Assembly (NCBI GenBank): GCA_963699255.1
Contig: OY969425.1
Coordinates: forward strand, 420,001 to 452,000
Origin: an uncultured bacterium
GTDB taxonomy: Bacteria > Margulisbacteria > WOR-1 > CAVSGV01
Length of the DNA stretch: 32,000 nt
Direction of reading: 5' to 3'
Below, one piece after another: positions 27,684-32,000 of this stretch; the first letter of the stretch is position 1; each line of letters begins with the position of its first letter. Below the pieces are notes generated by a model. It was not told the origin of the DNA. It saw nothing but the letters and a program-made list of their open reading frames with translations, and ran no database searches. The translations under genes were made by a program, and so were the position numbers.

Positions 27684-29171
27684 TTAAAGGTTTTCCCCCA
27701 GCTGCCAGGGAACGAATTCTTCTCTGTCCAGCCCTTGAGATTCATTAGAGGTCTTTGTTCCGTTAGCTGTCTTCAGGAAAAAATTATATATCTCGCGCCC
27801 TGCTTCAGCAAGGTTGTTTTGGTGCAGGGATCTTCCGGCGTCGATGTCCATATCGTTCTTTAGCCTGTTATAAAGTTCCGAGGTAGAGGCTATCTTTATC
27901 GTGGGCGCGATAGGGCAGCCGAACATCGAGCCTCTCCCGGTCGTGAAGGCGATAAGGTTGCAGCCGCCCGCCGCCATTCCCGTTACCGACACCGGATCGA
28001 AACCGGGCGTGTCCATGAAAACAAGGCCTTTCCTGGTGATGCGCTCTCCGTAATCGATAACCTGTTCGATAGGGGACGAGCCGCCTTTTTTGATCGCGCC
28101 AAGACTTTTTTCCAGTATTGTCGTGATCCCTCCCTCCAGGTTGCCCGGAGCTAGGTTATTGTTCATGCTGAAGCTGTTCTTTTCGGCCCATTCGTTCCAC
28201 CACGAAAATTTTTTCATCAGCCTGCGCCTGTCACTGTCTCTTACGCAGCGCCGAGCGAGATATTTTTCGGCTCCGAAACACTCCGGCGTTTCCCCCAGGA
28301 CAATAGTCCCGCCTTTGGAGACAAGAATATCCCCGGCCATTCCAAGGGCCTGATTGGCCGTTATCGCGGAGAATGCGTCGCTGCCTCCGCAGTTAAGTGC
28401 GACAGTAAGCATGGAAACGGGCAGGGCGGTCCTTTTGAGTTTCGGAAGCATGGAAATTATCCTGTTCAATCTGGCCATCCCGAGTTCGACAGCTTTTTTT
28501 GTTCCGCCCGCATCCTGAATATTGAAAGATTCAATAATGGGTCGTCCTGACCTCTCTTTTGCGCTCAAGCATGAATTTATGCTTTTTATCGTTATATCCT
28601 CGCATCCCAGACCGATGACCAGCGCCCCGACGACATTCGGATGATAGATCCATCCGGCAAGGGTCCTGTTCAGCAACCTGTCCGATAGACCGCCGATCGC
28701 CTGTGCGCATCCGCTGCCGTGCGTTACCGGTATTATGCCGTCTACATTTATCTTTGAAAGGTCCCTTTTTTCAAAGCAGCGGGCAACTTCTCTGACAACA
28801 CTTGCGGAGCAGTTAACCGATGATACTATGATAATGTAATTTCGCGTGCCCGCGCGGCCGTCTTTTCGAAGATACCCCTGGAAATGAGAGGGCAGGGCAT
28901 TCCCTTTTTTTACGGGCCCGGGTTTGGGCATTGAAAAACTCAGCTTGTCAGAAAAGGCCATGTTGTGAACATGCACGTGTTCGCCGGGCTTGATGTTCCT
29001 TGTGGCAAGGCCTATCGGCTGTCCGAGCTTTATTACCGGTTTTCCTGAACCGATGGGCCTGAGTGCGATCTTATGTCCTGCGGGAACGGTCTTATGCCTA
29101 GCGATAACAACTCCCACATTGTCTTTGGGATCAATCACGATGTAAGCATTGTTTATTATTTTATTGGTCAT
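27684..29171 (-). CDS. UxaA-family dehydratase (altronate/galactarate dehydratase-like)
   Basis: 495 aa; SAF-type N-terminus, then GYLRKDGRAGTRNYIIIVSSVNCSASVVREVARCF, PVTHGSGCAQ, LTVALNCGGSDAFSAITANQALGMAGDILVSKGGTIVLGETPE, LVFMDTPGFDPVSVTGMAAGGCNLIAFTTGRGSMFGCPIAPTIKIAS. Confidence 0.93.
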   Translation of the reverse strand: MTNKIINNAYIVIDPKDNVGVVIARHKTVPAGHKIALRPIGSGKPVIKLGQPIGLATRNIKPGEHVHVHNMAFSDKLSFSMPKPGPVKKGNALPSHFQGYLRKDGRAGTRNYIIIVSSVNCSASVVREVARCFEKRDLSKINVDGIIPVTHGSGCAQAIGGLSDRLLNRTLAGWIYHPNVVGALVIGLGCEDITIKSINSCLSAKERSGRPIIESFNIQDAGGTKKAVELGMARLNRIISMLPKLKRTALPVSMLTVALNCGGSDAFSAITANQALGMAGDILVSKGGTIVLGETPECFGAEKYLARRCVRDSDRRRLMKKFSWWNEWAEKNSFSMNNNLAPGNLEGGITTILEKSLGAIKKGGSSPIEQVIDYGERITRKGLVFMDTPGFDPVSVTGMAAGGCNLIAFTTGRGSMFGCPIAPTIKIASTSELYNRLKNDMDIDAGRSLHQNNLAEAGREIYNFFLKTANGTKTSNESQGLDREEFVPWQLGENL

Positions 29172-29908
29172 AATCTGATTTTTAGCCCATCAAGCGCGGC
29201 GGTAGAATCGGCAAATATCTTTCTCGCCTGTATCTGAGCCGTCTCTCTCTCCCTGATCGTTTGATATTCATATGCGTCGAAATGCGTAAGGGCGAGTTTT
29301 CTTGAGCTTGAATTGACCGCGAGCTTTGCCGCAAGCTGCGGGTTCATGTGAGGCCAGTTCGGTGAAGTGCGTCCCGGCGCCAACGAGCATTCCGATATCA
29401 GAAGATCGGCATTTTTTGAAAGATCGACGGACGCCTTGCAGTATCCCGTATCGGTACAATAGCTTATTATTTTATCATCAATTTTGAACCTGTAGCCATA
29501 GCAGTCAGAGGCATGCTTAAGCTTTAAGCACCTGAATGTTACAGGATTTGAATTCCAGCCGATGCTGATATCATGGATCCTGCAGGGATATGACAGCCTG
29601 TTCGGCGGAATGGAGAATTTCCTGCCCAGGAAATTCGTGATCGTTCTCCTGGTGCCCGGCTGGCCGAAAATATCGAGCCTTTTGAAGTTGAACTTTGCGA
29701 GAACATGCAGCCCTTCAATATGATCAAGATGGAAATGGCTTAAAAAAAGATAGACCGGTTTGTTCTCTTTGATGTATCTGTCGGCTTTATAGATGCCGTT
29801 GCCCGCGTCAAGTATGATGTAGCATTTTTTTGCGTCAATAAGCGTGCATATTGTATTGCCTGTATTTGAATCATACCAGCCGTTAGTCCCCAGAAATATT
29901 ATTTTCAT
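29168..29908 (-). CDS. Metallo-beta-lactamase-fold hydrolase
   Basis: 246 aa; IIFLGTNGWYDSNTGNTIC, LFLSHFHLDHIEGLHVL (HxHxDH), YCTDTGYC, LALTHFDAYEY. Confidence 0.9.
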   Translation of the reverse strand: MKIIFLGTNGWYDSNTGNTICTLIDAKKCYIILDAGNGIYKADRYIKENKPVYLFLSHFHLDHIEGLHVLAKFNFKRLDIFGQPGTRRTITNFLGRKFSIPPNRLSYPCRIHDISIGWNSNPVTFRCLKLKHASDCYGYRFKIDDKIISYCTDTGYCKASVDLSKNADLLISECSLAPGRTSPNWPHMNPQLAAKLAVNSSSRKLALTHFDAYEYQTIRERETAQIQARKIFADSTAALDGLKIRL

Positions 29909-30288
29909 GCAAAGCTCCAGAATTTTAGCCCAAAAAAGGTGAATAACGGGAGGAAAAAGATAAAGAACAACTGGGCGATCCTCGGGTCGATCTTCAAAAT
30001 CTCAACGAAGACCGGGAGAAGCGCCGCGTTTATCACAAGGGTCGCCGCATAGACGATTATGAACCTCGGAAGTTCTCTTTTGAAGTGATGCTCGGACGTG
30101 AAGACCCAGTATTTGTTCCAGAAATAGCTATTGAGAAGCCCGATGAAGAATGAGATCAGCAGAGCGATAAAATAGTGGAACTTAAGATACAGGAGCAGAT
30201 AATATATGCCATATCCGATGACGGTATTAGCTGCGCCGATGATCGCGAATTTAATGAGTTGAACAGAAATGTTGAATAGCCAGGGCAT
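29905..30288 (-). CDS. GtrA-family membrane protein
   Basis: 127 aa; LIKFAIIGAANTVIGYGIYYLLLYLKFHYFIALLISFFIGLLNSYFWNKYWVF. Confidence 0.92.
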   Translation of the reverse strand: MPWLFNISVQLIKFAIIGAANTVIGYGIYYLLLYLKFHYFIALLISFFIGLLNSYFWNKYWVFTSEHHFKRELPRFIIVYAATLVINAALLPVFVEILKIDPRIAQLFFIFFLPLFTFFGLKFWSFA

Positions 30289-30307
30289 TACTGATCTTTT
30301 CCTTTTT

Positions 30308-31351
30308 TCACGCTTCCATATACTCCGATATTTGATCGATGCATACTTTTCTCATGTCTTTTTTCCCTTTGTAAGCGCGCGTCCATTGTGTGATATTATC
30401 GATGGCGCTTTCGATATCCACTTTAGGGCTCCATTTAAGGGCATCTTTTGCCTTTGAACTGTCGAGCATCAATAATCGGGTTTCATGCGGATGTTCCTTC
30501 TTGTCCACCACATATGAAGCATCTTTCCCCCATTTAGAGCAGAGCGTTCTGACAAGCCATTCAACGGTCTTCGCATCCTTATCAGCTGGGCCAAAGTTCC
30601 AGGCTTCGGCGTATCTCTGCCCGCCCTCATAAAGCTTGCGCGCCAGGATCAGGTATCCGTTTAGAGGATCCAGGACATACTGCCACGGCCTGATCGCTTT
30701 TGGGTTCCTTATGTGGATCTTTTCGCCTTTAAGTATGGCCCTGATGAAATCGGGCACCAGCCTGTCAACTCCCCAGTCGCCGCCGCCGATGACGTTGCCG
30801 GCCCTTGCTGTTGCCACAGCAATGCCGTTTTTCAAGAAAGAATCCCTGTAAGCGGAGGTTACGAGTTCGGAACAAGCCTTGCTGCTTGAATAAGGGTCAT
30901 ATCCTCCGAGCGGCTCGGTCTCTCTGTAGCCGGTCGTCTTTTCCTTGTTCTCATATATCTTGTCGGTCGTCACGTTAATGACGGCTCTTACGCTTGGACA
31001 GCTTCTGATCGACTCGAGGAGATTGACCGTTCCCATAATGTTCACGGCGTAGGTTTCAACGGGGTCCTTGTAAGACCTCCTGACCAGAGGCTGGGCAGCC
31101 ATATGGATAACGATCTCCGGCTTTGCCGCCATAATAGTTTTTTTCAATGATCCAAGATCCCGGATATCGGCTGTTATTGACCTGACAAGATCGTCCATCT
31201 TGCAAATTTCAAATAGACTGGGCTTTGTTGGAGGTTTAAGGGCGTATCCGGTCACTTTCGCTCCCAATAGATTCAGCCAGAGACAAAGCCAGGAGCCTTT
31301 GAATCCAGTGTGGCCGGTAATGAAGACCTTCTTGTTCTTCCAGAAGTTCAT
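30308..31351 (-). CDS. rfbG: CDP-glucose 4,6-dehydratase
   Basis: 347 aa; MNFWKNKKVFITGHTGFKGSWLCLWLNLLGAKVTGYAL, HMAAQPLVRRSYKDPVETYAVNIMGTVNLLESIR, ARAGNVIGGGDWGVDRLVPDFIRAI. Confidence 0.95.
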   Translation of the reverse strand: MNFWKNKKVFITGHTGFKGSWLCLWLNLLGAKVTGYALKPPTKPSLFEICKMDDLVRSITADIRDLGSLKKTIMAAKPEIVIHMAAQPLVRRSYKDPVETYAVNIMGTVNLLESIRSCPSVRAVINVTTDKIYENKEKTTGYRETEPLGGYDPYSSSKACSELVTSAYRDSFLKNGIAVATARAGNVIGGGDWGVDRLVPDFIRAILKGEKIHIRNPKAIRPWQYVLDPLNGYLILARKLYEGGQRYAEAWNFGPADKDAKTVEWLVRTLCSKWGKDASYVVDKKEHPHETRLLMLDSSKAKDALKWSPKVDIESAIDNITQWTRAYKGKKDMRKVCIDQISEYMEA

Positions 31352-32000
31352 TTCCAGACTTTCCAGGGAGCTTTATTGGAATTCCACAATTCATTCAGGT
31401 GATTTACGTCCCTCATGGTATCCATGCAGTGCCAGAATCCGTCGTGGCTGAAAACATTCAACTCACGTTCTTTTGTAAGCTTCTTTATAGGCTCTCTTTC
31501 AAAGAAACAATCTTTATCGCCGATATAATCAAAGCTTTCTTTTTTTAACGCGAAGAAACCGCCGTTTATGTAAGCATCAGTGACCTGAGGCTTTTCATGG
31601 AAATCCGATACAAGGCCGTCCTTTATGATAAGCTCGCCGAAACGGGATTCGGCATGAATTCCCGTAAGTGTCGCGATCTTGCCAGACCTGAGATGGAAGT
31701 CATAAAGCTTTTTTATGTCTATATCAGATACGCCATCGCCGTATGTGAGCATAAAATCATCGGTATCGACGTACTTTTCGATCTTCTTTATCCTTCCTCC
31801 GGTCATCGTGTTCTGCCCAGTATCAACAAGCGTGACATTGAATTTTTCACGGTCGGATTTTTTGTGTATGGTGACCTTCGCGCTAGAGCCGAACTGAAGA
31901 GTAAGGTCGTTGTTCAGCGCCTCGTAATTCAGGAAATACTCTTTTATCATGTCACCTTTATACCCCAGGCAAATAATGAAATCATTGAAACCGTGGCTCA
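31348..32000 (-). CDS. rfbF: Glucose-1-phosphate cytidylyltransferase (partial; N-terminus outside window)
   Basis: In-frame coding continues past the 31950 ATG to the right edge (SHGFNDFIICLGYKGDMIKEYFLNYEALNNDLTLQF); VTLVDTGQNTMTGGRIKKIEKY, FMLTYGDGVSDIDIKKL, NGGFFALKKESFDYI, LNELWNSNKAPWKVW. Confidence 0.93.
   Translation of the reverse strand, partial: SHGFNDFIICLGYKGDMIKEYFLNYEALNNDLTLQFGSSAKVTIHKKSDREKFNVTLVDTGQNTMTGGRIKKIEKYVDTDDFMLTYGDGVSDIDIKKLYDFHLRSGKIATLTGIHAESRFGELIIKDGLVSDFHEKPQVTDAYINGGFFALKKESFDYIGDKDCFFEREPIKKLTKERELNVFSHDGFWHCMDTMRDVNHLNELWNSNKAPWKVWK

Overview
The window is a dense, apparently single-direction (all minus strand) surface-polysaccharide / nucleotide-sugar biosynthesis locus from an unidentified bacterium. 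Read in transcription order (right to left), it contains: (i) CDP-glucose/3,6-dideoxy-sugar genes (rfbF, rfbG, rfbH-like, a TPP-dependent acetolactate-synthase-like enzyme, a second diverged RfbF-like nucleotidyltransferase, an NAD-dependent epimerase), interleaved with GtrA and GT2 proteins and an unusual block (MBL hydrolase, UxaA-like dehydratase, mannitol-dehydrogenase-like protein, inositol-monophosphatase-like protein); (ii) a CDP-glycerol-transferase-like protein, a DUF362/ferredoxin protein, an LpxB-like protein, an MsbA-like ABC exporter and a small nucleotidyltransferase; (iii) a nonulosonic (pseudaminic/legionaminic-like) acid cassette (PseB, PseC, epimerase, SpsF-like, NeuB-type synthase, WbqC, PIG-L deacetylase, PseG-like); (iv) three consecutive ATP-grasp proteins, an SDR, an IolB-like isomerase and a partial GH57-like protein. 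The most notable observations are the combination of nonulosonate genes with a deacetylase, a WbqC protein and three ATP-grasp proteins; the sugar-acid-type enzymes inside a CDP-sugar locus; heptamer-periodic GAGAYNN arrays (one intergenic and palindromic, one embedded in frame in rfbH); two paired-hairpin intergenic islands; and single-base frameshifts in one ATP-grasp gene and in pseC. No rRNA, tRNA, CRISPR array or transposase was recognised. Functional calls come from family-level motif recognition by eye, not database searches.
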